The notes under the pieces are model-generated. The model was not told the origin of the DNA. It made no database searches and saw nothing but the letters and a program-made list of their open reading frames with translations. A DNA stretch of 64,000 nucleotides, taken from an uncultured Acidobacteriaceae bacterium (GTDB lineage Bacteria > Acidobacteriota > Terriglobia > Acidiferrales > UBA7541). The translations under genes and the position numbers were made by a program. Positions 38,141-49,174 of the stretch are shown in pieces; the first letter of the stretch is position 1; every line of letters starts with the position of its first letter. The DNA lies in the NCBI GenBank assembly GCA_964524985.1, contig CAZGFL010000029.1, positions 11,283 through 75,282 on the forward strand, written 5' to 3'.

Positions 38141-40288
38141 ATGGAACAGGAAACTCACCGGAAATTGCCTGCTCAGACGCAGGAAGCCCCGGAGCCCCCG
38201 GCACCGCCGCTGGCCCGGCGCGAACCGGTGGAGCACGTTCTCCATGGTGACCGCCGCGTGGACCACTACGCCTGGCTTCGCCAAAAGGGGGAGCCCGAAG
38301 TCGTTGCCTACCTCGAAGCCGAAAACGCGTATACGGACGCCATCCTGAAACCCACTGAGGACTTTCAAGAGAAGCTGTACCAGGAGATGCTTGGCCGCAT
38401 TCAGCAGACGGACCTGTCGGTTCCCTACCGACTGCGCGGCTATCTCTATTTCAGCCGGACAGTGGAAGGCAAGCAATATTCCATTCACGTTCGCGGCAAG
38501 GCGGACTCGGCCGATTCGGAGACCTTAGTGGCGCAAGTCCTGCTCGACTTGAACGAACTAGCCGAGGGTCACTCCTTTCTCGATCTCGACACTTACGAGG
38601 TCAGCGACGACAACCAGTGGCTGGCGTACTCACTGGACATCACTGGTTTTCGCCAGTACGTGCTGCAACTGAAGAATCTGCGCACGGGAGAGACGCTTCC
38701 GGACCGGATCGAGCGCGTGACGAGTGCCGCGTGGGCCGCGGACAACCGAACGCTCTTCTACACCGTGGAGGACGATGTCACCAAGCGCTCCCACAGGCTT
38801 TACCGGCACGTCGCTGGATCCACGGATGCCGATCCTTTGCTTTATGACGAAACCGACGAGCGCTTCCGGCTGGAAATCGAACGCACGCGGAGCGGCGGGT
38901 ATGTTCTGCTGACTGCCGCCAGCCACACCACAACGGAAGTGCGCTACTTGCGGGCAGACAAACCGACGGGAGATTTCCAGATCATTGCCCCGCGCGAGGA
39001 CGAGCACGAATACTACTTGGATCATCACCCCGGCGCTTCGGCTGATTTGGGCGGTGAAGCTTTCTACATCCGCACGAATTCCGGCGGCCGGACGTTTCGC
39101 CTGGTCTCCGCGGCCGTTGAAAATGCCGGGCGCGAGTCCTGGCGCGAAGTCATTCCCAACCGAGCTGACGTGATGCTTGCCGGCGCGTGGACTTTCAAGA
39201 ACCACATCGTTTTGCTCGAGCGCGAAGGTGGCCTGCCGCACCTTCGCATTGTCGATCTGACCGCCAAGGCTCCCAGCGCCCTTGCGGCCTCGCATCGCAT
39301 CGAGTTCACGGAGCCCGCTTATAACGCCTCCTTCGGCGACAACCCGGAGTTTGCGGCCGGGCATGTGCGCTTCGAGTATGAATCGTTCATTACGCCGCGT
39401 TCGATTTTTGACTACGAAGTGCAAACGCGCGAGCGCGTTCTGCGCAAGCAGCAGCCGGTGCTGGGCGGCTACGACCCCTCGCTATACGCAAGCGAGCGGC
39501 TTCACGCGGTGGCTTGCGACGGAACGCGCATTCCGATTTCCCTCGTTCATCGCCGCGACGTTCCTCGGGACGGTTCGGCGCCGCTGCTGCTCTACGGCTA
39601 CGGCAGCTACGGAATTTCCATGCCGGTGAGATTCAATTCGAATCGCTTGAGCTTGCTGAATCGCGGCGTAGTTTACGCCGTGGCTCATATTCGCGGCGGC
39701 GGCGAATTGGGCAAGCCCTGGCATGATGCCGGGCGCATGAAGCTGAAGAAGAACACGTTCGCGGATTTCATCGCCGCTGTGGAGCACTTGATTGCGGAGC
39801 GCTACACTTCGCCGGAGAAACTGATCATTGAAGGCGGGAGTGCGGGTGGACTGCTGATGGGCGCGGTGACGAATCTGCGTCCCGAGCTTTTTCGCATGGT
39901 CATCAGCCATGTGCCTTTCGTGGATGTGATGAACACGATGCTGGATGCTTCCCTGCCGCTGACGGTTGGGGAATACGAAGAGTGGGGCAATCCGCAGATC
40001 GCAGAAGACTACTTCTACATGCGTTCGTATTGTCCGTACACCAATCTCGAGCGCAAAGCGTATCCCGCCATGCTGGTGAAGACGGGACTGAATGACAGCC
40101 AGGTGATGTATTGGGAGCCTGCAAAATACGTGGCCAAACTGCGTACGCTGAAAACCGATGCAAATGTTTTGCTCCTGAAAACCAACATGGGGGCTGGCCA
40201 CGGCGGCGCGTCCGGGCGCTACGACTACCTGCGCGAGATTGCCCTGGACTATGCCTTTCTGCTCTCGCAGCTAGGAATTGCGAAGTGA
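38141..40288 (+). CDS. ptrB: Oligopeptidase B (S9A)
   Basis: DHYAWLR, YGYGSYG, HIRGGGELG, GGSAGG, DSQV, GAGHGG. Confidence 0.94.
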   Translation: MEQETHRKLPAQTQEAPEPPAPPLARREPVEHVLHGDRRVDHYAWLRQKGEPEVVAYLEAENAYTDAILKPTEDFQEKLYQEMLGRIQQTDLSVPYRLRGYLYFSRTVEGKQYSIHVRGKADSADSETLVAQVLLDLNELAEGHSFLDLDTYEVSDDNQWLAYSLDITGFRQYVLQLKNLRTGETLPDRIERVTSAAWAADNRTLFYTVEDDVTKRSHRLYRHVAGSTDADPLLYDETDERFRLEIERTRSGGYVLLTAASHTTTEVRYLRADKPTGDFQIIAPREDEHEYYLDHHPGASADLGGEAFYIRTNSGGRTFRLVSAAVENAGRESWREVIPNRADVMLAGAWTFKNHIVLLEREGGLPHLRIVDLTAKAPSALAASHRIEFTEPAYNASFGDNPEFAAGHVRFEYESFITPRSIFDYEVQTRERVLRKQQPVLGGYDPSLYASERLHAVACDGTRIPISLVHRRDVPRDGSAPLLLYGYGSYGISMPVRFNSNRLSLLNRGVVYAVAHIRGGGELGKPWHDAGRMKLKKNTFADFIAAVEHLIAERYTSPEKLIIEGGSAGGLLMGAVTNLRPELFRMVISHVPFVDVMNTMLDASLPLTVGEYEEWGNPQIAEDYFYMRSYCPYTNLERKAYPAMLVKTGLNDSQVMYWEPAKYVAKLRTLKTDANVLLLKTNMGAGHGGASGRYDYLREIALDYAFLLSQLGIAK

Positions 40289-40355
40289 GTTTGCGCCGGC
40301 GGCCTGACCAGTTGCACTCTTTGAAGCCGCGGCGCAAAATGCACCGTCCAGACTG

Positions 40356-43061
40356 ATGTCCGAACCAACCACACCTCTAATGCAGCAGTACCACGCCATC
40401 AAGGCGCGCTACCCGCATGCCCTGCTGCTCTTCCGTCTTGGCGACTTCTACGAACTTTTTTACGAAGACGCGATGATCGCTTCACGCGAGCTGCAGATCA
40501 CGCTGACCTCCCGCAATCGCGAAAAGGGCCAGCCCATTCCGATGTGCGGCGTCCCTTATCACGCCGCGGAAGGCTACCTCGCGCGGCTGATCCGCGCGGG
40601 ATTCAAAGTCGCGATTTGCGATCAGATGGAACAGCCGGGCCCGGGCAAGAAACTCGTGCGTCGCGAAGTCGTGCGCGTCATCACTCCGGGGACCGCCACC
40701 GATGCCGGCGTTCTCGATATTCGCGAGAACAATTTCCTCGCGGCGGTGGCGCGGCACCCCTCCGGTTCGCCCCTGGGGCTCGCGTATGTGGACCTTTCGA
40801 CGGGCGAATTTCAGGCCACGGAATTCTCTGGATCGCACGCGGAGGAAGCGCTTCGCGAGGAACTCCAACTGCTTCGGCCACGGGAAACGCTGCTTCCCCG
40901 TCCACAGCAGCTCTTTGAAACGGCGAAGACGTCTCTTCTGGAAGGAACGGGAGGAATCGAGTCGCACCTCGAGGACTGGACGTTTCAAAGGGACTACGCC
41001 GACCGCATCCTGCGCGAGCAGTTCGGCGTCAGCGAGCTTACGGGATTCGGGCTCGATGATCACCTGCAGGCGCTCTCCGCGGCAGGCGCGATCATCCACT
41101 ATTTGCGCGAAAATGCGGCGCGCGGCGACCACACGGGAGAAGCCGGCAAGAAGAACGGCACATCGAGCGTCGAAGCGCTGCAGCATTTGGACCGCGTGCG
41201 CTACTACGAGCAGCACGACTCACTGGTGCTTGATCCCGTCTCCGTGCGCAATCTGGAATTGCTGACGCCGATTTTTTCGGAAGAGGCCGGGCGGTGGTCG
41301 GGGCCAACGACGCTGGTTGCGGCCTTGGACGTCACGGTGACAGGCATGGGCGCACGGCTGCTACGCTCGTGGCTCCTGCGGCCATTGATCGATCGCGAAG
41401 GCATCGAAGCGCGGCTCGGCGCCGTCACTCACCTTGTCCAGCAAACCGTGGTGCGCGGAGAAATTCGCAAGGAGCTGAAAGGCATCCTGGACCTCGAGCG
41501 GCTGACCAGCCGTATCACTCTTGGTTTGGCCAGCCCTCGCGAACTTGTCGCTCTTCGCAAGTCTCTCGGGCAGCTTCCGGTCTTGAAGAATTTCGTGATG
41601 CCTCCTCCCATTGGCGGCAGCGAACTTCTTTGCTGGCTGCATGCCGAAATCGACGAGCTTGCCGATGTCCGCGACCGCCTCGAACGCGCCATCGCTGACG
41701 ATCCACCCGCGCTGGCCACCGACCCAGGCATGATCCGCAGCGGGTATCACGGCGAGCTCGACGAACTCCGCGACCTTAGCCAGCACAGCAAACAGATCAT
41801 CGCCGCCATGGAGGAACGCGAGCGCAAGCGCACCGGCATCGGCTCGCTCAAGATTCGCTTCAACCAGATTTTTGGCTATTACATCGAGATTTCGAAGCCC
41901 AACCTGCATCTGGCGCCCGCCGACTACGAGCGCAAGCAAACCCTGGTCAACGCGGAGCGCTTTACGTCAACCGAACTCAAAGAATACGAACGCAAAATCC
42001 TGGCCGCGGACGAGCGCATCCTCGAAATTGAGCGTCAGCTGTTCATCGACGTGCGCTCCTCCGTCGCGGCCAAAGCCGCGCGCTTGCGCCGCACGGCGTC
42101 AGCGGTGGCCCAGCTTGATGTCCTTACCGCCTTCGCCAAGCTCGCCGCCGATCGCGGCTACACGTGTCCGGAATTCAACTCAATGGGCGAGCTCCTCATC
42201 GTTGGCGGACGGCATCCCGTGATCGAAGAGTTGCTGCGCCAGCGCGGCGAGCGCTTCGTGCCCAACGATCTGTGTTTCGAGCCGGGGCGTCAGCAACTGC
42301 TGCTCATCACCGGACCAAACATGGGCGGCAAGTCGACTTATTTAAGACAGGCCGCGCTTATCGTTCTAATGGCGCAAATGGGTTCGTTTGTCCCGGCGCG
42401 CCAAGCCAAGCTGCCGATCACCGACCGCATCTTCACGCGCATTGGGGCCAGCGACAATCTGGCGCGCGGGCGCTCGACTTTTTTGGTGGAGATGAGCGAA
42501 GTGGCGGCAATTCTAAATCACGCGACGCCGGCGAGCCTGGTGCTGCTCGACGAAGTGGGCCGCGGCACGGCCACGTTCGACGGGCTGTCGATCGCGTGGG
42601 CCGTGGTCGAGCATCTCCAGAAGCACACGCGCTCGCGCACGCTGTTTGCGACGCACTATCACGAGTTGACCGAACTGGCGGACCTGCTCCCCGGCGTGAA
42701 AAACGTCCATGTCTCAGTGAAGGAGACGCCCAGCGAAATCATTTTTCTTCGCCGCGTCGAACCGGGTAGCGCGGACAAGAGCTACGGCATTGAAGTGGCG
42801 CGGCTCGCGGGCCTGCCGCGTAGCGTCATCGAGCGCGCCCGCGAAGTCTTGAAGCGGCACGAGCAAAGCGAGCACGAGCTTAGCGAAACGCTTTCGCCCG
42901 GCGCATCCGGCGAAGGCCCGGGCAGCAACGGCAACCAGCAAGTCCTGTTCACTGCGCTGGATCGCGAGGTTCTGGACAAGTTGCGCGGTGCCGACCTGGA
43001 CCAGCTCAAGCCCATCGATGCCTTGAACCTGCTCGCGGAATTGAAGAAACAGATTTCCTAA
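40356..43061 (+). CDS. mutS: DNA mismatch repair protein MutS
   Basis: TPLMQQY, GDFYELF, GPNMGGKST, DEVGRGT, FATHYHEL. Confidence 0.97.
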   Translation: MSEPTTPLMQQYHAIKARYPHALLLFRLGDFYELFYEDAMIASRELQITLTSRNREKGQPIPMCGVPYHAAEGYLARLIRAGFKVAICDQMEQPGPGKKLVRREVVRVITPGTATDAGVLDIRENNFLAAVARHPSGSPLGLAYVDLSTGEFQATEFSGSHAEEALREELQLLRPRETLLPRPQQLFETAKTSLLEGTGGIESHLEDWTFQRDYADRILREQFGVSELTGFGLDDHLQALSAAGAIIHYLRENAARGDHTGEAGKKNGTSSVEALQHLDRVRYYEQHDSLVLDPVSVRNLELLTPIFSEEAGRWSGPTTLVAALDVTVTGMGARLLRSWLLRPLIDREGIEARLGAVTHLVQQTVVRGEIRKELKGILDLERLTSRITLGLASPRELVALRKSLGQLPVLKNFVMPPPIGGSELLCWLHAEIDELADVRDRLERAIADDPPALATDPGMIRSGYHGELDELRDLSQHSKQIIAAMEERERKRTGIGSLKIRFNQIFGYYIEISKPNLHLAPADYERKQTLVNAERFTSTELKEYERKILAADERILEIERQLFIDVRSSVAAKAARLRRTASAVAQLDVLTAFAKLAADRGYTCPEFNSMGELLIVGGRHPVIEELLRQRGERFVPNDLCFEPGRQQLLLITGPNMGGKSTYLRQAALIVLMAQMGSFVPARQAKLPITDRIFTRIGASDNLARGRSTFLVEMSEVAAILNHATPASLVLLDEVGRGTATFDGLSIAWAVVEHLQKHTRSRTLFATHYHELTELADLLPGVKNVHVSVKETPSEIIFLRRVEPGSADKSYGIEVARLAGLPRSVIERAREVLKRHEQSEHELSETLSPGASGEGPGSNGNQQVLFTALDREVLDKLRGADLDQLKPIDALNLLAELKKQIS

Positions 43062-43103
43062 TTTCTCCGTGGCCGCCGAGCGCTCTGTGTTAAAACTCAT
43101 CGT

Positions 43104-44288
43104 GTGAGCCACTCCAATTCCATGCTGGTCCTTGGCGTCATGTCCGGCACATCGGCCGATGGCATTGACGTCGCACTCGCGCGCATCAGCGGCGCGCCGC
43201 CGCATTTGAGCGCGAAGCTGCTTGGTCACTCGTCGTCGAAGTTTCCTCCTCGTGTGCGCGAAGAGATTCTGCGCGTGGCGGAGCAGCAGCCCATCTCTGC
43301 TGGAGAGCTGAGCCAACTGCTCTTCCGCCTGGGACATATCTACGCGGAGGCGGTTCTCGCGGCATGCAAGAAGTTCCGGATTGCACCGCGACGCATCGAC
43401 CTCATCGGCAGTCACGGTCAGACGATCTTTCATCAGGGCGCGCCGGTGCCTTACCTGGGCGCGCGCACCTCGTCCACCTTGCAAATCGGTGAAGGCTCGA
43501 CTATCGCCGCGTGCACGGGCATTACCACGGTGTCCGATTTTCGTCCCGCGGACATGGCGCTCGGTGGCCAAGGCGCGCCGCTGGTCCCGTTTGCGGATTA
43601 CGCGCTCTATCGTCATCCGAAGCTGGGCCGCGTTTCGCTGAACCTCGGCGGCATCGCGAACGTTACGGTCATCCCCGCGGGAGCGCGCCCCGAGGAAGTC
43701 CTCGCGTTCGACACCGGCCCCGGCAACATGCTCATCGATGCGCTCGTCCAGCACTTCACTCGCGGCCGCCAGCGCTACGACAAAGACGCGCGTCTCGCCG
43801 CACAGGGCCGCTCGATTCCCGCGCTCCTGGATGAACTGATAAAGGATCCTTATCTGAAGTTAGCGCCGCCGAAATCCACCGGCCGCGAATACTACGGGCA
43901 GACCTATGTGAAGAAGTTTCTTGCGCTAGGTCGCCGCCACCACGCCAAACCCGCCGATCTCATCCGCGCCGCAACTATTTTTACCGCTCTGTCGGTCGTT
44001 GACGCTCTACATCGTTTCGTGCTTCGCAAACGCAAGATTCACCAGCTCATCGTCTCCGGCGGCGGCGCCCACAATCCTTTCCTTCTTGCTCAAATTGCCG
44101 CTCTATTGCCGGGCATCGAAATAGTTTTGTCGTCGCGGTTCGGAATCCCTGAAGAGGCCAAAGAGGCGCTGGCCTTCGCACTTCTCGCTTACGAAACATT
44201 TCATCGGCGCGCTTCCAACATTCCTTCCGCAACCGGCGCGCGCGGCCCCGCCATCCTCGGGAAGATTTGTTATGCCCCGCCCCGCTGA
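43104..44288 (+). CDS. anmK: Anhydro-N-acetylmuramic acid kinase
   Basis: GVMSGTSADGID, GSHGQT, GGQGAPL, FDTGPGN, PPKSTGRE. Confidence 0.95.
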   Translation: MSHSNSMLVLGVMSGTSADGIDVALARISGAPPHLSAKLLGHSSSKFPPRVREEILRVAEQQPISAGELSQLLFRLGHIYAEAVLAACKKFRIAPRRIDLIGSHGQTIFHQGAPVPYLGARTSSTLQIGEGSTIAACTGITTVSDFRPADMALGGQGAPLVPFADYALYRHPKLGRVSLNLGGIANVTVIPAGARPEEVLAFDTGPGNMLIDALVQHFTRGRQRYDKDARLAAQGRSIPALLDELIKDPYLKLAPPKSTGREYYGQTYVKKFLALGRRHHAKPADLIRAATIFTALSVVDALHRFVLRKRKIHQLIVSGGGAHNPFLLAQIAALLPGIEIVLSSRFGIPEEAKEALAFALLAYETFHRRASNIPSATGARGPAILGKICYAPPR

Positions 44289-44344
44289 AGCCTCCGCAAT
44301 CCCGCCATCCACCTCGCTCCGCCATGGCGACGCGTCAATAATGC

Positions 44345-44371
44345 CGTCATTCCGAGCGTAGCGAGGAATCC
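44345..44371 (+). repeat. GTCAT-type REP-like palindrome
   Basis: cgtcattccgagcgtagcgaggaatcc; near-identical to 55943 and 57664. Confidence 0.85.
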
Positions 44372-44455
44372 TGGCTTGCTTTCGCCGTTATCGAGCCCGC
44401 GAAGAGCATCGCTGGACTCTATCTCGTAGACTCTTCCCGAGTCACCAGTCTCGAG

Positions 44456-45133
44456 TTACTTCTCCTTCAGCGCCTTCTCAATCTCCTCAACCGAAATCGC
44501 GCCTTCTCTCCCAATTCTCCATGCGTCGCCATTCAACTCCACGATCGTGGACGGCAACGTCGCTCCCGTTTCGCCGGCGTCCAGCACCAGCGGCACACGC
44601 GTACCCAGTTGCTTCATCACCTGGGCCGCGCTCGCGCATGAAGAAAATCCCGAAATGTTCGCGCTGGTTCCCGTTACAGGCCCCTCGAACTCGTCGATCA
44701 GACGCTTGACCACTTCGCTTCGCGGCCAGCGCAGCGCAATCCGTCCCGTCCCAGCGGTCACCTTCAGCGGCATCCGGTGCGCCGCGTTCACCACCAGCGT
44801 CAACGCGCCGGGCCAGAACGCCTGTGCCAGTTTCATAAACGCCCGCGGCGCTCCTCCGCGAGACAGTTGCAGCGCTTGCTCGACCGAGTTCACCAGGATC
44901 GGCAGCGCCCGCGCCTCCGGGCGCCCTTTCACGCGGTAAATCTCATCAACCGCCGCTAAATTGAACGGGTCCGCCGCCAGCCCGTAAAAAGTGTCTGTGG
45001 GAATCGCGATGACGCTGCCTCGCGAGAGAAAATCCGCCGCATACCGCAGCACTTCGGCTTCCGGGTTGATTGGATTGACGCGCAGCAGTTCAGCCGGCAA
45101 TTTTTTTGGCCTTTGGCGAAGACTTACCGCCAC
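44456..45133 (-). CDS. tsaC: L-threonylcarbamoyladenylate synthase (YrdC/Sua5 family)
   Basis: PTDTFYGL, VKGRP, FWPGALT, TSANISG, PSTIV. Confidence 0.92.
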   Translation of the reverse strand: MAVSLRQRPKKLPAELLRVNPINPEAEVLRYAADFLSRGSVIAIPTDTFYGLAADPFNLAAVDEIYRVKGRPEARALPILVNSVEQALQLSRGGAPRAFMKLAQAFWPGALTLVVNAAHRMPLKVTAGTGRIALRWPRSEVVKRLIDEFEGPVTGTSANISGFSSCASAAQVMKQLGTRVPLVLDAGETGATLPSTIVELNGDAWRIGREGAISVEEIEKALKEK

Positions 45134-45301
45134 CCCACAGCGCTCCTCTGCCCTGAGCCTCGGAGGGCGCGCGCTGCTCTCATTTGGGCGACGCTACCAT
45201 ACCCTGTTTCACCCCGCAAGAAACACTTCCGGATTGCCCGACGGCAGGTTGGGCACGTCTCGCTGGCTATCGAAAGTCGGCGCGGTAGAGTCTAAAGATG
45301 C

Positions 45302-46009
45302 GTGCCTGAAGCCCTCGCACCGCCCGCGGAATTCAATCCCTATTGCCGGATCGCCGCGCCATTTCACCTCATTCTCGTTCTTGCGCTGCTCGGGTTCCAG
45401 GCTTACTGGGGAACAATTCATGCCGCCCAGTGGCGCACAGCGCCAAATCCAGACCGCGTCGCCCGGTACACGCGTTTAATTCTTCAGGAATGGATTGTGC
45501 TTGCTATCGTGCTCCTGGGAGTGTGGCTCAGTCGTTCGTCCCTTCTTGCGGTGCTGGGAGAACGCTGGCGCTCCATTCCGCAGCTCTTGCGCGATTTGGG
45601 GATTGGAGTCGCATTCCTTTTCGTCTCGGTGTTGGTGCTGAGTATCGTCGGCCCGATCGTCGGAATGAAGAGGGACAACAGCGAGGTTCAGTTTCTGCTT
45701 CCCCAGGCAAATCGCGAGAAGCTTCTCTGGCTCATCGTCGCATTGTCTGCAGGCGTCTGTGAGGAGGCCGTCTATCGAGGCTATCTTCAGCGGCAGTTCA
45801 CGGCCCTGACGAAGAGCATCCCTGTAGGCATTCTGTTCTCGGCCATGGCATTTGCCATGGCCCACCTCTACCAGGGTTTGCCGCGAGCTTCGGTAATCCT
45901 GCTTGGTGCTGTTATGAGCGGGGCTCTCGCTCACTGGCGAAAGACCGTTCGCCCCGGAATGTTCGCCCACGTCCTGCAGGACCTGCTTCCATTGGTCATC
46001 CGACATTAG
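45302..46009 (+). CDS. CPBP (CAAX/Abi) intramembrane glutamic endopeptidase
   Basis: EEAVYRG, FAMAHLYQ, HVLQD. Confidence 0.88.
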   Translation: MPEALAPPAEFNPYCRIAAPFHLILVLALLGFQAYWGTIHAAQWRTAPNPDRVARYTRLILQEWIVLAIVLLGVWLSRSSLLAVLGERWRSIPQLLRDLGIGVAFLFVSVLVLSIVGPIVGMKRDNSEVQFLLPQANREKLLWLIVALSAGVCEEAVYRGYLQRQFTALTKSIPVGILFSAMAFAMAHLYQGLPRASVILLGAVMSGALAHWRKTVRPGMFAHVLQDLLPLVIRH

Positions 46010-46042
46010 AGAGTGGGCGGAGATCTTTCGACTGCACAAGCA

Positions 46043-47317
46043 TTAACTCTCGGCTGGTTCCACTCTTACTCCCAGCCACAGCAATCCCGCCACCACGGCC
46101 AGCCCCGCTGTGAGCGCCAGCGCCGACTCCCACTCCATCCTTTCAGCCAGCCAGGGTGTTAGAGTCGGCGAAATCATTCCACCCAGGTTGCTTCCAAAGT
46201 TCATGGTGCCTCCTGCAATGCCGCTCCGCTGGCCGGAGAGTTGCGTCATAGTCGCCCAATAGGGCCCTTCCGTGCACAACACTAACGCCGTGCACGCCGT
46301 CAATGATGCGACTGCCACGCCGCCGCTTGCCGTTCGAGCGCCAATCACGAGGAAGGCCGCCCCGGCACTTAGAGCCAGCATCGGGACGCTCCTCCGTCCC
46401 CAGGTCGCTCCCCAGCGTGCTAGCGCCGCGTCCGACAAAAACCCGCCGACCGGAATCGCGAACATGGTGGCGACCCAGGGCAGCGTCGCGAGCCAAGCCG
46501 CGTTCAGGACCTGGAAGTGCCGGACTTGCACGAGGTAAAGATAAAACCAGAAGACGAAAATATAGCCGAGATAGCCCTGCAGGAAATAGCTCGCACTCAA
46601 GAACCAGAAGCTCCGCTTCCGCAAAGGCTGTCCCTGCACGCCGGGACTTTCCTCGCGTGTTGCAAAGTGTTCTTTTTCTGCATAGGCCGTGCGGGTTCGC
46701 GCTCTTCCCACGCGTGGCGCGAGCATGCCCCATAAAATTCCTGCTCCCAGCGTGAGAGCCGCGGCGATCCCGAGCGCTGCTCTCCAGCCGTAGCGATTCG
46801 CCGCCGGGGCGAGCAGGACCGGGGCGAGGGCAGAACCAACGCCGACACTCGATAGCACCAGGCTGTTCGCGCGCGCCTGCAGCCGCGGCGCGACGGTCAC
46901 GGCAATCGCGCGGCCTGCGGCGGGATAGGTCGGCGCGGCCACTACTCCAAACAGTCCTCGGACCACCCACAACAGCGGAAGGGCCATCGGCAAACTTGCG
47001 CCGGGTCTCCCCACAACCGCGGTGAACGCCGTGAGCAGCATCCAGCCGGAGCAGAGCAAGAGAAAGATGTTTCTCACTTCCGCGCGATCCGCCAGCCACC
47101 CCGACGGGATTTGGAAAAGGGTGTAGCCCACTAGGAACGCGGTGAAGACCGTGCCCATCTTTGTCTGGTTCAAACCAAATTCCGCCATAATGCCCGGCGC
47201 CGCCACGGTGATTGCCACACGGCAGACGTAGCCCGCGGAAGTCACGGCCATCAGGAGCAGCGCGAGCCTTTGCCACGGGAATTCAGGCTTCTCTGGGAAT
47301 GCCGGACCGCCGCTCAT
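46043..47317 (-). CDS. MFS transporter (ACS-like)
   Basis: About 12 TMs, QIPSGWLADR, YGWR, GGFLSD. Confidence 0.88.
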   Translation of the reverse strand: MSGGPAFPEKPEFPWQRLALLLMAVTSAGYVCRVAITVAAPGIMAEFGLNQTKMGTVFTAFLVGYTLFQIPSGWLADRAEVRNIFLLLCSGWMLLTAFTAVVGRPGASLPMALPLLWVVRGLFGVVAAPTYPAAGRAIAVTVAPRLQARANSLVLSSVGVGSALAPVLLAPAANRYGWRAALGIAAALTLGAGILWGMLAPRVGRARTRTAYAEKEHFATREESPGVQGQPLRKRSFWFLSASYFLQGYLGYIFVFWFYLYLVQVRHFQVLNAAWLATLPWVATMFAIPVGGFLSDAALARWGATWGRRSVPMLALSAGAAFLVIGARTASGGVAVASLTACTALVLCTEGPYWATMTQLSGQRSGIAGGTMNFGSNLGGMISPTLTPWLAERMEWESALALTAGLAVVAGLLWLGVRVEPAES

Positions 47318-47790
47318 CGCAGCCGCTTGTGATAAATCAGTTCCGATTTTCCCGGCACGATGTAGTCCTGTATTTCACCTACGCGCGCATATCCATGCTC
47401 TTGGTAAAACTTCTGCGCCCGTGCATTGAACGAGGACACCAGGAGAAACACATGACGGCGGCCGGCAAATCGCTCTTCGGCAAAACGCAGGAGCGCCGCG
47501 CCGATTCCCTGCCCGCGCGCGCCCTCGGCCACTCCGATGGACGCAATGTACGGTGCTCCCGCCATTCCGTATTCCGCCACCAGCACGAAGCCCATTCGCG
47601 TGCCGTCCTTGCTGGCCACAAACAACTCCGTGCCCAGCCGTCGCACCGCAGCCCGGCGATTTTCCAGATCGCTCCCCAGTGTGATCCACGGCTCACTTTC
47701 CGCCATCAACCGCGCACACCATTCCGCATCTTCCGCGTTGGCCACCGCAATCCGAATCGTCGCCTCCCGCCCGCACATCTTTAGAGCCAC
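47314..47790 (-). CDS. GNAT N-acetyltransferase
   Basis: SEPW, RGQGIG, VSSFN..A..FY..HGY. Confidence 0.85.
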   Translation of the reverse strand: MALKMCGREATIRIAVANAEDAEWCARLMAESEPWITLGSDLENRRAAVRRLGTELFVASKDGTRMGFVLVAEYGMAGAPYIASIGVAEGARGQGIGAALLRFAEERFAGRRHVFLLVSSFNARAQKFYQEHGYARVGEIQDYIVPGKSELIYHKRLR

Positions 47791-48032
47791 AATCTATTCT
47801 GGCTGCTCGGTCTTTGGCAATGCCTCAAGGCACAAACGCGTTCGCCGTCGCGTTACCGTCTTTGCGCCCGCTCTTGCTGCAAGGCGGCTACCAAGTCTCA
47901 TTTGGCTCAGTCTAACTGTCTGGCGCACTGGGGGTTGCTTTTGTTCTATACGGTTGCCCCCTTCTCCGGTAAATGAATCCACGTGGTTGGGAGTCACTCG
48001 GAAAGACAGAAGAGTCTTTCAAGGAGGGCCTT

Positions 48033-48551
48033 ATGAGAACTCGCACCGCGGTGGCAACCGCTCTAGCCATTTTTCTCGTTATTGCGCCGCTCATTGCCGC
48101 GCCGGCTCCTGTGACAGCTGCCGGGGAATACGCCAAACACTTCGGCGCGCTTAGCCAGCTCTCGATTGCCGTGGCACAGGCCATGCCTGCCGATCAATAC
48201 GGTTTTCGTCCCCATCCTGAATCCATGGATTTTGGCCAGTTGATGTCCCACATCGCCGCCACCAACTATCAGTTTTGCGCCGGCCTGAAGGATTCCGAGC
48301 CTCCAGCCTTACCGTCCCCCACGGACAAGGACGGTGTCGTGAAATTCCTGAGCGATTCCTTTGCCTATTGCACCGATGTGATCTCGAATCTCACCGAAGC
48401 GCAGATCAACTCCGTCCACAACTCCCCGGATGGCCGTCTGCCCGGTCGTGAAGTCCTGCTGGCGATGTACATCCACGTGGCCCACCATCGCGGCCAGGCC
48501 GAAATCTACCTCCGCGACAAAGGCATCCGGCCGCCCTCGTACCGGATCTGA
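48033..48551 (+). CDS. Exported DinB family protein
   Basis: AAGGAGG RBS, signal peptide, MPADQYGFRP, HIA, HHRGQ..YLR. Confidence 0.85.
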   Translation: MRTRTAVATALAIFLVIAPLIAAPAPVTAAGEYAKHFGALSQLSIAVAQAMPADQYGFRPHPESMDFGQLMSHIAATNYQFCAGLKDSEPPALPSPTDKDGVVKFLSDSFAYCTDVISNLTEAQINSVHNSPDGRLPGREVLLAMYIHVAHHRGQAEIYLRDKGIRPPSYRI

Positions 48552-48602
48552 ACAAGGCGTTCCGCCAAGGATCGTAGTGTCTCCCAGTCTGTTTATTAAT
48601 GC

Positions 48603-49088
48603 TCACGCCTGCGGAGGTGGGCAAAGCCCCGCCTGCTGCATGGCGGACGACATGTCAAACACGCCCCATTCTTCGCTGATTTTTCCATTCTTGAAGCGAA
48701 AGATCGTCATGCCTGGGACGGTGATTTTCTTCCCTGTAGCTGGAAAGCCCATCCCTTCCTGCGTGTTCGTGCCGGAGGCCGTCCAATACACCGCCACAAG
48801 ATCCCCTTCTGCCACCATCTGGTTGACCTTCAGCCGCATATCCGGCAGCGCTTTCCGCTCTTCCTTTGCCGCGGCCATGTCTTCCGCCAGTGTCCCATCG
48901 TGTGTGCGGCCGTGGACCACAAAGTCCGCGGCATGTGATTCCGCATACTTGTCGAGCCGCCCTTGATCGATCACTTCCTCGAAGAAGCTCCGAGCAACTG
49001 CTTTGTTCTTTTCCTGTTCGGTGGCTGCTTTTGTGACAACAGGCAGGGAGAGGAAAACCACACACATCCACAGTAAGACCTTTCGCAT
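48603..49088 (-). CDS. Exported SnoaL-like ester cyclase
   Basis: NKAVAR, AEGDLV, GFPATGK, GKISEEW. Confidence 0.85.
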   Translation of the reverse strand: MRKVLLWMCVVFLSLPVVTKAATEQEKNKAVARSFFEEVIDQGRLDKYAESHAADFVVHGRTHDGTLAEDMAAAKEERKALPDMRLKVNQMVAEGDLVAVYWTASGTNTQEGMGFPATGKKITVPGMTIFRFKNGKISEEWGVFDMSSAMQQAGLCPPPQA

Positions 49089-49174
49089 GGTTGTACACCT
49101 CCGTCACTTGTTTCTACGTCATGAAGACTCGCGAAATTACCGCCCGCTGACCGAAATTTGCTAACCTCCAAACT

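Noticed and set aside
46143-47276. Long alternative-frame and antisense ORFs (also 6316-7476, 50558-51532, 52651-53913)
   Set aside because: Shadow ORFs expected in GC-rich coding DNA; no recognisable motifs.
47919-47940. Possible sigma-54 promoter (tggcgc...ttgc)
   Set aside because: GG-to-GC spacing is 13 nt rather than the required 10.
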